Source: Erysipelotrichaceae bacterium MTC7 (GTDB taxonomy: Bacteria; Bacillota_I; Bacilli_A; Erysipelotrichales; Erysipelotrichaceae). Taken from it: a stretch of DNA of 32,000 nt. Below are positions 15,485 through 22,850 of this stretch, in pieces (positions within the stretch are counted from its first letter, which is position 1; every line of letters begins with the position of its first letter). The stretch covers positions 30,001-62,000 of the forward strand of contig LVZN01000002.1 in the NCBI GenBank assembly GCA_001695645.1, read 5' to 3'. A program made the position numbers and the translations under genes. The notes below the pieces were generated by a model. That model ran no database searches, was not told the origin of the DNA, and worked only from the letters and a program-made list of their open reading frames with translations.

Positions 15485-16285
15485 ATGTTTGAAAAAGTAA
15501 ATCCCGCACATCCCGATAAACTGGCTGACCGCATCGCCGGGGCCATTGTGGATGCCGCATACAGAAAAGAAAGTGATCCGAAGATCGCCGTGGAAGTCCT
15601 GCTCGGTCACGGAATGTGTCACATTATCGCGGAGACTTCTGTACATATTCCGAAGGGCGAGATCACGGATATTGTCCGCCGTATCGCCGGGAATGTGAAA
15701 ATCAGCGTCCAGGAAGTTCCGCAGGACGGGCACCTGTCTAAGAATCAGTCTGCCGGGTTTCGCTGCGGTGACAACGGCATCTTTAAGGGCGTGCCTGTGA
15801 CGGATGAGCAGAAAAAGCTGACAAAGATCGCCGCAGATATCTACGGTCAGTACCACGCTGACGGCAAGTATATTCTGGACGGCGATAATCTGACCTTCTG
15901 CCAGAGCAATGCAGATACACAGCAGCTGAAGAAATCATATAAGAAAGCCGTGGTCAATCCGCTGGGTGACTGGACGGGCGGCACGGATGTGGACGCAGGA
16001 GCCACGAACAGGAAGCTCGGCTCTGATATGGGCGATTCCGTCACAGGCGGCGGTCTGCACGGTAAAGACCTGTCAAAAGCTGACGTGTCCGTGAACATCT
16101 GGGCATGGCTCAAGGCGCAGGAAACCGGCAAGCCCGTGGAGCTTTCCTGCTCCATCGGAGATGAGAAGGTCGGCGGCGTGCCGTATACGGAGATCGTAGA
16201 GACCGCGAGGAAATACATCGATGGTCTCGGCGGTTTTGAGAAATTTGCGGAATGGGGGTTGGTGCGATATGAAGACAACGACTGA
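15485..16285 (+). CDS. metK: Compact (266 aa) S-adenosylmethionine synthetase (MetK) homolog
   Basis: Aligned by eye to MetK signatures: AHPDKLADRIAGAIVDA (GHPDKxxDxISDAxLDA), CGDNGIFKG (GAGDQGxMFGYA), NPLGDWTGG...ATNRKLGSDMGD (NPTGRF..GGP..D.GLTGRKIIVDTYGG), GGGLHGKDLSKADVS (GGGAFSGKDPxKVDRS). About 120 aa shorter than canonical MetK. Confidence 0.7.
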   Translation: MFEKVNPAHPDKLADRIAGAIVDAAYRKESDPKIAVEVLLGHGMCHIIAETSVHIPKGEITDIVRRIAGNVKISVQEVPQDGHLSKNQSAGFRCGDNGIFKGVPVTDEQKKLTKIAADIYGQYHADGKYILDGDNLTFCQSNADTQQLKKSYKKAVVNPLGDWTGGTDVDAGATNRKLGSDMGDSVTGGGLHGKDLSKADVSVNIWAWLKAQETGKPVELSCSIGDEKVGGVPYTEIVETARKYIDGLGGFEKFAEWGLVRYEDND

Positions 16286-17528
16286 AATGCAGCTCGTTCC
16301 GATTGCAAAACTGGTACCTTATGTGAATAACGCGCGTACCCACTCCCCGGAGCAGATAAACAAGCTGCGATCCTCCCTCCGGGAGTTCGGCTTCATCAAT
16401 CCTGTCATTATCGACCGTGACTTTGGCGTTATCGCCGGCCACGGTCGTATTCTTGCGGCGAAAGAGGAAGGCATCACGGAAGTGCCGTGTGTCTTTGCCG
16501 ACCATCTGACAGAGGCGCAGAAGAAAGCGTATATCATCGCCGACAACCGCATGGCGATGGACGCCGGATGGGACGAGGAGCTTCTGCGTGTCGAGATCGA
16601 GGCTTTGCAGGGCATGGACTTCGATCCCATGCTCACAGGCTTTGATGAAAAGGAACTGGCTGACCTGTTTGGCACAGAGTCTGACAGCGAGGCGAAGGAT
16701 GATGACTTTGACCTGACCGCCGCATTGGAGAAAGCCGCCTTTGTGGAGCGGGGTGATATCTGGACAGTGGGCAGACACAGGCTGATGTGCGGAGACGCTA
16801 CGGACGCTGGAGATGTCGCATTGCTGATGGGCGGCAGGAAAGCCAACCTTATCGTGACAGATCCTCCGTATGGCGTATCCTTCAAGAGTTCCAGCGGTCT
16901 TACCATACAGAACGATTCCATGAAGAACGAGGAGTTTTACAACTTCCTGTTCGCTGCGTTCAAGTGTATGGCGGATGTGCTGGAGAAAGGCGGCGCGGCT
17001 TATGTGTTCCACGCGGACACCGAAGGCTTGAACTTCCGAAAAGCGTTCATTGACGCCGGGTTCCACCTGGCGGGCGTGTGTATCTGGGTGAAGAATTCCC
17101 TGGTACTTGGTCGCTCGGATTATCAGTGGCAGCACGAGCCGGTGCTTTACGGATTCCTGCAGAACGGCAAGCATCCGTGGTACTCCGACCGCAAGCAGAC
17201 CACCATCTGGAATTATGATAAGCCAAAACGTAACGCCAACCATCCGACATCAAAGCCGCTCGACCTGCTCGGATACCCTATCGGGAATTCCTCGCAGGAG
17301 AACTCCATCGTGATCGATACCTTCGGCGGCAGCGGCTCCACCATGATGGCATGCGAACAGATGAACCGCATGTGTTTCACTATGGAGCTGGATGAGAAGT
17401 ACGCATCGGTCATCCTCCGCAGGGCTGTGGAGAACGGCATTGATCCCGCTGACATTTATGTTGAAAGAAACGGAGAAAAAATGATGTACTCCGACCTCGT
17501 GAAAGAGGTGGAGGTTCCTAATGAGTAA
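16269..17528 (+). CDS. ParB-like nuclease domain fused to a beta-class N6A/N4C DNA methyltransferase
   Basis: N-terminal ParB/Srx-like segment (VPYVNNARTHS...IAGHGRILAA). Methylase motif IV IVTDPPYG precedes motif I DTFGGSGST (beta-class order). Overlaps metK-like by 17 nt and the next gene by 8 nt. Confidence 0.85.
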   Translation: MKTTTEMQLVPIAKLVPYVNNARTHSPEQINKLRSSLREFGFINPVIIDRDFGVIAGHGRILAAKEEGITEVPCVFADHLTEAQKKAYIIADNRMAMDAGWDEELLRVEIEALQGMDFDPMLTGFDEKELADLFGTESDSEAKDDDFDLTAALEKAAFVERGDIWTVGRHRLMCGDATDAGDVALLMGGRKANLIVTDPPYGVSFKSSSGLTIQNDSMKNEEFYNFLFAAFKCMADVLEKGGAAYVFHADTEGLNFRKAFIDAGFHLAGVCIWVKNSLVLGRSDYQWQHEPVLYGFLQNGKHPWYSDRKQTTIWNYDKPKRNANHPTSKPLDLLGYPIGNSSQENSIVIDTFGGSGSTMMACEQMNRMCFTMELDEKYASVILRRAVENGIDPADIYVERNGEKMMYSDLVKEVEVPNE

Positions 17529-19659
17529 ACTGACGCTTGGCAGCCTGTTTGACGGTTCCGGCGGTTTTCCTTTGGGCGGCTTGATTTCCGGCATCACTCC
17601 CGTGTGGAGTTCGGAGATCGAGCCGTTTCCCGTTATGGTGACTTCGAAGCGGCTGCCGTTTGTGAAACATTATGGTGACGTATCCACGTTAAAGGGCGGC
17701 GAGCTTGAGCCGGTGGATATCATCACCTTCGGCTCACCCTGCCAGGATATGTCCGTGGCGGGTAAAAGAGAGGGGCTGGACGGCTCCCGTTCAAGCCTTT
17801 TCTATGAAGCTGTCCGAATCGTAAAGGAAATGAGGTGTGCAACCAATGGAAAATATCCGAGATACATCGTCTGGGAGAACGTCCCAGGCGCGTTCAGTTC
17901 GAACAAAGGCGCGGACTTCCAGTCCGTCCTCGAAGAGATCTGCAGCGTCAAAGGATACGAGATTGATCCTGCTCGACCTGCGAAATGGCCAAACGCCGGA
18001 GAGATCGTGGCAGACGATTTCAGTCTCGCATGGCGGGTATTTGATGCTCAATACTGGGGAGTTCCCCAGCGAAGAAAACGTATCTACCTTGTCGCAGATT
18101 TTGCAGGCGGGAGTGCCGGAAAAATATTATTTGAGTCAGAAGGCATGTCTGGGTATACTCCGCAGGGCTTCCGCTCGTGGGAAGGAGCTGCCGGAACTGC
18201 TGAAGAAGGCGCTCATGCGTCAGGCATCGGCATAGACGGATACAACGGAGCTGTCTCTGATGAGGCGGCTACCCTTGGCGAGAACTGCGGGATGTCCACG
18301 GGCAGGAACGGCGTCATGGTCTTAAACGACCAGGGCGGCGACCGCATGGATGTGACGGAGGGAGTGACCTGTACGCTCCGCGCAGAGGCGCACCATCCTC
18401 CCTGCGTGATGGGAGCGGCGGGTTTCTGCACTGAGCATTCAGCGGATTCCAGGGGCATCGGATATGAAGAGGAGACTTCTCCCACGCTCCGTGCCGGGAC
18501 AGTTCCGGCTGCGGTCTATGAGAACCACAGCCAGGATACCAGATACACGGGGCCGCTTGATGTGGCTCCTACGGTGATGTCCACCTACGGAACGGGCGGC
18601 AATAACCAGCCGTTCGTGGTGGAGGACACTCCGAAAACGCTGAAGATCCGTTCCGGCTGTGAGGGTGGCGGTAAGGGCGCACTGATACAGGATAATAAAT
18701 CGGCAACGCTCGGCTGCAACAACGATCAGACCGTCTTTGTGCCGTTTGTAAAAGGCACCCGTCCACATTCTGCCGAAGAGGGACAGCAATGGAAGGAATC
18801 CGATGTGGCAAATACGCTGAATACCCATGACGTCGGCGAGGCAAGGTGCAACGAGCTGGCGGTTAAGGTCTACGGCATCTGCTCCAAGGATTCAAACGCC
18901 ATGAAGTCCGATAATCCGAAAAGCGGATTCTATGAGGCGGATACCACACGGACGCTTGACGCAAACGGCGGCAACCCCTCCTGCAACCAGGGCGGCATGG
19001 CTGTCGTGGCTCTTGAGGGCAACGGTGCAAGACCGTCCCATAAGGGCAGCGGCTATTCCGAGGAAGATGTCAGCTTCACGCTGAATGCTACAGAACAGCA
19101 TGCCGTAGCATACGGCATCGACCGTGCTACCTATAACATGGGGCAGAACGCCAAGTTCGGGATCGCGGTCGAGGAGGAAGTCGAGCCTACGATGGTGGCA
19201 AAGGGACCGGGCGCGGTCGGACAGCCTGTGTACCATTCCAGCAAGAGTTCATTTCACACGAATTTCTCAGATGAAGCTGTATCTGATACGCTTGTTGCCA
19301 CTGACTTCAAAGACCCGCCGACGGTATCGGAAGACCCATATTATATCGTGAGGAGACTTACTCCTACTGAGTGCGCAAGGCTGCAGGGCTTTCCCGAATG
19401 GTGGTGCGACGGGCTTGGAACGGACGAGCCGACCGAGGAGGAGATTGCTTTCTGGACGGAGGTGTTTGAAACGCATCGGAGGGTTATGGGGACATCCTCC
19501 AAGCCGAAGACCAGGAACCAGATCATCAAGTGGATCAAGGAGCCGCATTCCGACTCCGCAGAATATAAGATGTGGGGCAACGGCGTGGCTTTGCCGAATG
19601 TCTGCTTTGTGCTTTCGGGGATCGTGTACTATGCACAGTTCCCGGAATTTTTGTTGTGA
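17521..19659 (+). CDS. DNA (cytosine-5) methyltransferase, 712 aa, with a target-recognition region of about 400 aa made of repeated TL-type units
   Basis: Motif I LFDGSGGF, motif IV GSPCQDMS, motif VI ENVPG, motif VIII QRRKRIYLV, motif IX RRLTPTECARLQGFP, motif X GNGVALPNV. Between VIII and IX are 11 occurrences of (D/E)(D/E)xxxT(L/V/M). Confidence 0.9.
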   Translation: MSKLTLGSLFDGSGGFPLGGLISGITPVWSSEIEPFPVMVTSKRLPFVKHYGDVSTLKGGELEPVDIITFGSPCQDMSVAGKREGLDGSRSSLFYEAVRIVKEMRCATNGKYPRYIVWENVPGAFSSNKGADFQSVLEEICSVKGYEIDPARPAKWPNAGEIVADDFSLAWRVFDAQYWGVPQRRKRIYLVADFAGGSAGKILFESEGMSGYTPQGFRSWEGAAGTAEEGAHASGIGIDGYNGAVSDEAATLGENCGMSTGRNGVMVLNDQGGDRMDVTEGVTCTLRAEAHHPPCVMGAAGFCTEHSADSRGIGYEEETSPTLRAGTVPAAVYENHSQDTRYTGPLDVAPTVMSTYGTGGNNQPFVVEDTPKTLKIRSGCEGGGKGALIQDNKSATLGCNNDQTVFVPFVKGTRPHSAEEGQQWKESDVANTLNTHDVGEARCNELAVKVYGICSKDSNAMKSDNPKSGFYEADTTRTLDANGGNPSCNQGGMAVVALEGNGARPSHKGSGYSEEDVSFTLNATEQHAVAYGIDRATYNMGQNAKFGIAVEEEVEPTMVAKGPGAVGQPVYHSSKSSFHTNFSDEAVSDTLVATDFKDPPTVSEDPYYIVRRLTPTECARLQGFPEWWCDGLGTDEPTEEEIAFWTEVFETHRRVMGTSSKPKTRNQIIKWIKEPHSDSAEYKMWGNGVALPNVCFVLSGIVYYAQFPEFLL

Positions 19660-19661
19660 GT

Positions 19662-19751
19662 TATTCTACACCGAAATGTGCGGAAATCGCTTGATATTCC
19701 TGGGGTTCAGAGTGATTAATGTACTACCAAAAACAAAGGAGGTTTTCGCAC
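19662..19751 (+). promoter_or_regulatory. Promoter/leader cassette, copy 1 (most divergent)
   Basis: TTGATA (19691-19696), a 19-nt spacer, then TG-A-TTAATG inside TTCAGAGTGATTAAT (19706-19720). AAAGGAGG RBS, ATG at 19752. Confidence 0.5.
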
Positions 19752-20468
19752 ATGGAAATCAGGTACAACGTAACAGGCGCACAGCGCAAGGAACTGGTAA
19801 AGGCCATCGCCGATACCACGGGAGCAAAGGCAAAGTACATGGGAATGCCCACGGCAGCCTACGAGATCGACTACTTCACGGTAACCAAGGACGGAATGCT
19901 CATCTTCGATGACAGAGCGGACAGCGAGGAAGTGGAGCAGGTGCTTGAGGCCATCGCCGCCGCAGGGTTCGACTGTGAGCCGCAGGACGGAGAGGATTCG
20001 GAGTTTGAGGAAGTATCCGAAACCGAAGAGAACGCACCACAGGCGGCCACAGACGGGCTTACGGTGGCGGTTCCGAGGGACAGCCTTTCGGACGCCGCCA
20101 TTGAGAACCTGCAGAGGATCGTGGATTCCAAGGCGGCGCTCATGAAAAAGGCAATCGGCACGGACAGCCTTCCGATTGAAGTGACTGACGAGAAGGTATC
20201 CTTCCCCTGGTTCACGGAGATGGACGGCGATTCCGCAAGGGCATACACGCACCTTGTCTCCGCACTCTGCGAGATGGCGAGGAACGCCAAGCGAGTGACC
20301 GCCACGGAAAAGGAAGTCGACAACGAGAAGTACGCATTCCGCTGCTTTCTCCTGCGTCTGGGCTTCATCGGTGCTGAGTACAAGACCGAACGTAAAATCC
20401 TGCTGAAGAACCTCACGGGCTCCTCGGCTTTCAAGAACGGAGGTACTGACCATGAGATTTCCGAGTAA
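19752..20468 (+). CDS. 238-aa protein: apparent catalytically gutted paralog of the downstream amidoligase (shared N-terminal strand-helix and C-terminal module, acidic linker replacing the core)
   Basis: C-terminal KYAFRCFLLRLGFIGAEYKTERKILLKNLTGSSAFKNG versus amidoligase KYAMRTWLLRLGFIGEEFATARDFLTRNLSGDTAFRHG. N-terminal EIRYNVTGAQRKELVKAIADTTG resembles amidoligase VEVEMNSIKRSKAAKIAADFFG. No HIHIG-type core. Confidence 0.6.
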   Translation: MEIRYNVTGAQRKELVKAIADTTGAKAKYMGMPTAAYEIDYFTVTKDGMLIFDDRADSEEVEQVLEAIAAAGFDCEPQDGEDSEFEEVSETEENAPQAATDGLTVAVPRDSLSDAAIENLQRIVDSKAALMKKAIGTDSLPIEVTDEKVSFPWFTEMDGDSARAYTHLVSALCEMARNAKRVTATEKEVDNEKYAFRCFLLRLGFIGAEYKTERKILLKNLTGSSAFKNGGTDHEISE

Positions 20469-20688
20469 AGAGATTGTGGATCGTATCCGCAAACAGTACC
20501 CTGTCGGCTGCCGGGTAGAACTTGTGCAGATGGACGATGCCCAGGCTCCGCCAATCGGCACGAAAGGAACAGTCACCGGAGTGGACGATACCGGCTCCCT
20601 CCTCATGCGGTGGGACAACGGCAGTGGACTGAACGTGGTCTACGGCGAGGATATCGTAAGGAAGGTTGATGATTTGAGTGACCAATAA
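20452..20688 (+). CDS. DUF4314-like small protein (78 aa)
   Basis: GCRVELVQMDDAQAPPIGTKGTVTGVDDTGSLLMRWDNGSGLNVVYGED matches my memory of the DUF4314 SH3-like module common in Firmicute mobile elements. GGAGG RBS. Confidence 0.55.
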   Translation: MRFPSKEIVDRIRKQYPVGCRVELVQMDDAQAPPIGTKGTVTGVDDTGSLLMRWDNGSGLNVVYGEDIVRKVDDLSDQ

Positions 20689-20986
20689 GATTCTTTCGGA
20701 TTTCTTCTACGGCAACATCGTGCCGAACGAGAAGCAGTTTGACCGCAATTCGGAATTTGGCAGAGCGGCAGACGAACTGGCCAAGGAGGAAGAGAAGCTC
20801 CGGACAATGCTGGACGACAACACGCTGGCATTACTTGACAGGATGATACAGCTGCAGGGAACTGTTACGGGCATGACCGCAGAAGGGTACTTCATTGACG
20901 GATTCCAGACAGGATTCCGAATTGCATTGGCAGTCCTGTATGAGGGAGAAAAGCCCTTCCTCAAAGCGGTATCCGAGGGGACATAA
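20678..20986 (+). CDS. Small helical protein of the YGNI-P-x-E ... GF-x-x-GF-R family common in Clostridia mobile elements
   Basis: GTG start at 20678. FFYGNIVPNEKQF...EEEKLRTMLDDNTLALLDRM...YFIDGFQTGFRIAL pattern. I believe this is a catalogued DUF but am unsure of its number. Confidence 0.5.
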   Translation: MTNKILSDFFYGNIVPNEKQFDRNSEFGRAADELAKEEEKLRTMLDDNTLALLDRMIQLQGTVTGMTAEGYFIDGFQTGFRIALAVLYEGEKPFLKAVSEGT

Positions 20987-21136
20987 TCTACACAATTCAT
21001 GCCGGTTTTACGGGCGGATATTCGTGTACATTATGGCGAGAAATAACTTGATAAAAGTGTGCTTCAGAGTGATATATAGACACACCGAAGGGAACGAAAC
21101 CCTCGGAAAACAAAGGATTTCAAGGAGGCACACACC
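20987..21136 (+). promoter_or_regulatory. Promoter/leader cassette, copy 2
   Basis: Imperfect palindrome TACACAA (20989-20995) / TCGTGTA (21022-21028). TTGATA (21048-21053), a 19-nt spacer, then TG-A-TATATA within TTCAGAGTGATATAT (21063-21077). AAGGAGG RBS, ATG at 21137. Confidence 0.55.
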
Positions 21137-22087
21137 ATGAACGCAAGGACAGAGAGACAGATTACCGAGATGAAGAACCAGACCATCGGGGTCGAGGTCG
21201 AGATGAACAGCATCAAGAGGAGCAAGGCAGCGAAGATTGCCGCCGACTTCTTCGGAACAGGCAGATACGAGAACACAGCAAGCCGCAACGGGTACTACAC
21301 CTGGTCGGCTTGGGACAGCGAAGGTCGCGAGTGGAAATTCCAGAGGGACGTTTCCATCAGCGGACCGGACGATGAAAAATGTGAGATGGTCACGCCGATC
21401 CTTACCTACGGCGATATCGAAACCCTTCAGGAACTTTGCAGACAGCTTCGACACGCAGGCGCAAAGAGCGATGCCAGCCGGGGCTGCGGAGTCCACATCC
21501 ACATCGGAGCGAACGGTCACACGCCGCAGACGCTCCGCAACCTCGCAAACATCATGGCAAGCCATGAGAGTCTGATCGCCGAGGCTTTGAAGCTCGACCG
21601 CTACCGCATGGACAGATACTGCCGCACGGTGGACCCGAACTTCCTGCAGGCGGTCAACCGCAAGAAGCCTAAGACCATGAGCCAGCTTGCGGACATCTGG
21701 TATACCTCGCAGGGAGCGAGCTACGGCAGGACGCAGCACTACAACGACAGCCGCTACCATATGCTCAACTACCATGCGACCTTCACGAAGGGCACCATCG
21801 AGTTCCGGCTCTTCCAGTTCGATGAGCCGACAGCGGAGCGCAAGGGCGGCATCCATGCAGGACAGCTGAAGAGCTACATTCAGCTTTGCCTCGCACTCAG
21901 CCAGATGGCAAAGGACGTGCGGACGGCAAGCCCGAAACCGCAGCAGAACGAGAATCCGAAATACGCCATGAGAACCTGGCTTCTCCGCCTCGGATTCATA
22001 GGAGAGGAATTCGCAACGGCGAGGGACTTCCTTACCCGCAACCTTTCCGGGGACACGGCATTCAGGCACGGCAGAGCCGCCGCTTGA
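21137..22087 (+). CDS. Amidoligase (Amidoligase_2 / glutamine-synthetase-like fold family)
   Basis: IGVEVEMNS N-terminal strand, W-x-F-x-RD-x-S, CGVHIHIG, GTIEFRLFQ: the signature order I recall for PF12224-type amidoligases of phages and conjugative elements. Confidence 0.75.
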   Translation: MNARTERQITEMKNQTIGVEVEMNSIKRSKAAKIAADFFGTGRYENTASRNGYYTWSAWDSEGREWKFQRDVSISGPDDEKCEMVTPILTYGDIETLQELCRQLRHAGAKSDASRGCGVHIHIGANGHTPQTLRNLANIMASHESLIAEALKLDRYRMDRYCRTVDPNFLQAVNRKKPKTMSQLADIWYTSQGASYGRTQHYNDSRYHMLNYHATFTKGTIEFRLFQFDEPTAERKGGIHAGQLKSYIQLCLALSQMAKDVRTASPKPQQNENPKYAMRTWLLRLGFIGEEFATARDFLTRNLSGDTAFRHGRAAA

Positions 22088-22167
22088 AGGACTTAGGTTA
22101 AATGCCCTGCCTTCTGACCGCTTCGGCGGTCTTAAGGTGGTAGAAGGACAAGTAACCTAAGTCCTTC
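22086..22167 (+). other. Structured 82-nt intercistronic element (15-bp perfect outer stem, inner stem, UUCG-capped hairpin)
   Basis: GAAGGACTTAGGTTA (22086-22100) is the exact reverse complement of TAACCTAAGTCCTTC (22153-22167). Inner CCTTCT (22110-22115) pairs with AGAAGG (22142-22147). GACCGC-TTCG-GCGGTC at 22116-22131. No downstream U-tract. Confidence 0.5.
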
Positions 22168-22186
22168 AGAAAGGACGGTAACGACT

Positions 22187-22660
22187 ATGGCAAAGAGATA
22201 CTACATCGCTTACGGCAGCAACCTCAACGTTCCGCAGATGCGGATGCGCTGCCCACGCGCCACGATCCTCGGAACGGCGAACCTTACGGGCTGGGAGCTG
22301 CTTTTCAAGGGAAGCAAGACAGGCTCCTACCTCACGATTGAGGAATGCGAAGGCGGCACGGTTCCCGTGGTGATCTGGGAAGTGACGGAATCGGACGAGG
22401 CGGCTCTTGACCGCTACGAGGGGTTTCCCACCTTCTACTACAAGAAGGACATCAAGCTGAAGTACAAGGGCATCCGAACGGGAAAGCGCAGGACGGTGAC
22501 GGCGTTCGCCTACATCATGCACGAGGAGCGTCCCATCGGTGTTCCGAGCAATTTCTACATGAGGACTTGCCTTGAGGGATACGACACCTTTTACTTCGAC
22601 AAGAACATTCTGATCGATGCTTACGATAAATGCAGGGAGGTATGCGGCCATGAAGGATAA
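22187..22660 (+). CDS. Gamma-glutamylcyclotransferase (GGCT / AIG2-like) family protein
   Basis: YYIAYGSNLNVPQMRMRCPRATILGTANLTGWELLFKG... and ...ALDRYEGFP..YYKK are classic AIG2/GGCT N-terminal and central motifs. Confidence 0.8.
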   Translation: MAKRYYIAYGSNLNVPQMRMRCPRATILGTANLTGWELLFKGSKTGSYLTIEECEGGTVPVVIWEVTESDEAALDRYEGFPTFYYKKDIKLKYKGIRTGKRRTVTAFAYIMHEERPIGVPSNFYMRTCLEGYDTFYFDKNILIDAYDKCREVCGHEG

Positions 22661-22850
22661 TGTGATAAGGATGGCGGTCTGCCCGCTGTGCGGAAAGAAC
22701 TACCACGGCGCTCCGGCCCTTTCGAGAACGGATAACAAAACGCTCATCTGCCCGGACTGCGGAACAAGACAGGCGCTCCAGTCCATCGGCGTGGATGCCG
22801 AGGAGCAGGAACAGATCATCGAGACGATCCACCGTCACACGCAGGAGTAA
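22650..22850 (+). CDS. Small 4-Cys zinc-ribbon protein (66 aa)
   Basis: ATG at 22650 is 9 nt after GGGAGG and overlaps the GGCT stop. CPLCGK...(20 aa)...CPDCG. Confidence 0.6.
   Translation: MKDNVIRMAVCPLCGKNYHGAPALSRTDNKTLICPDCGTRQALQSIGVDAEEQEQIIETIHRHTQE

Noticed and set aside
16110-17243. 377-aa minus-strand ORF
   Set aside because: It is antisense to the ParB-methylase gene, whose motifs (DPPY, FGGSGST) are clear on the + strand.
19716-20618. 300-aa minus-strand ORF and nested 227-aa ORF
   Set aside because: They are antisense to the 19752..20468 and 20452..20688 genes, which have a promoter cassette, RBS and paralogy support on the + strand.
21008-22069. 353-aa minus-strand ORF
   Set aside because: It mirrors the amidoligase gene almost exactly. 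The + strand product carries recognisable motifs while the minus product has none and an implausible composition.
22086-22167. Possible tRNA or tRNA-like gene, given its ~80-nt length and terminal helix
   Set aside because: The terminal stem is 15 bp and not 7 bp. There is no T-loop (GTTCRANNC) or D-loop consensus and no cloverleaf arrangement. It is kept as an unclassified structured element.
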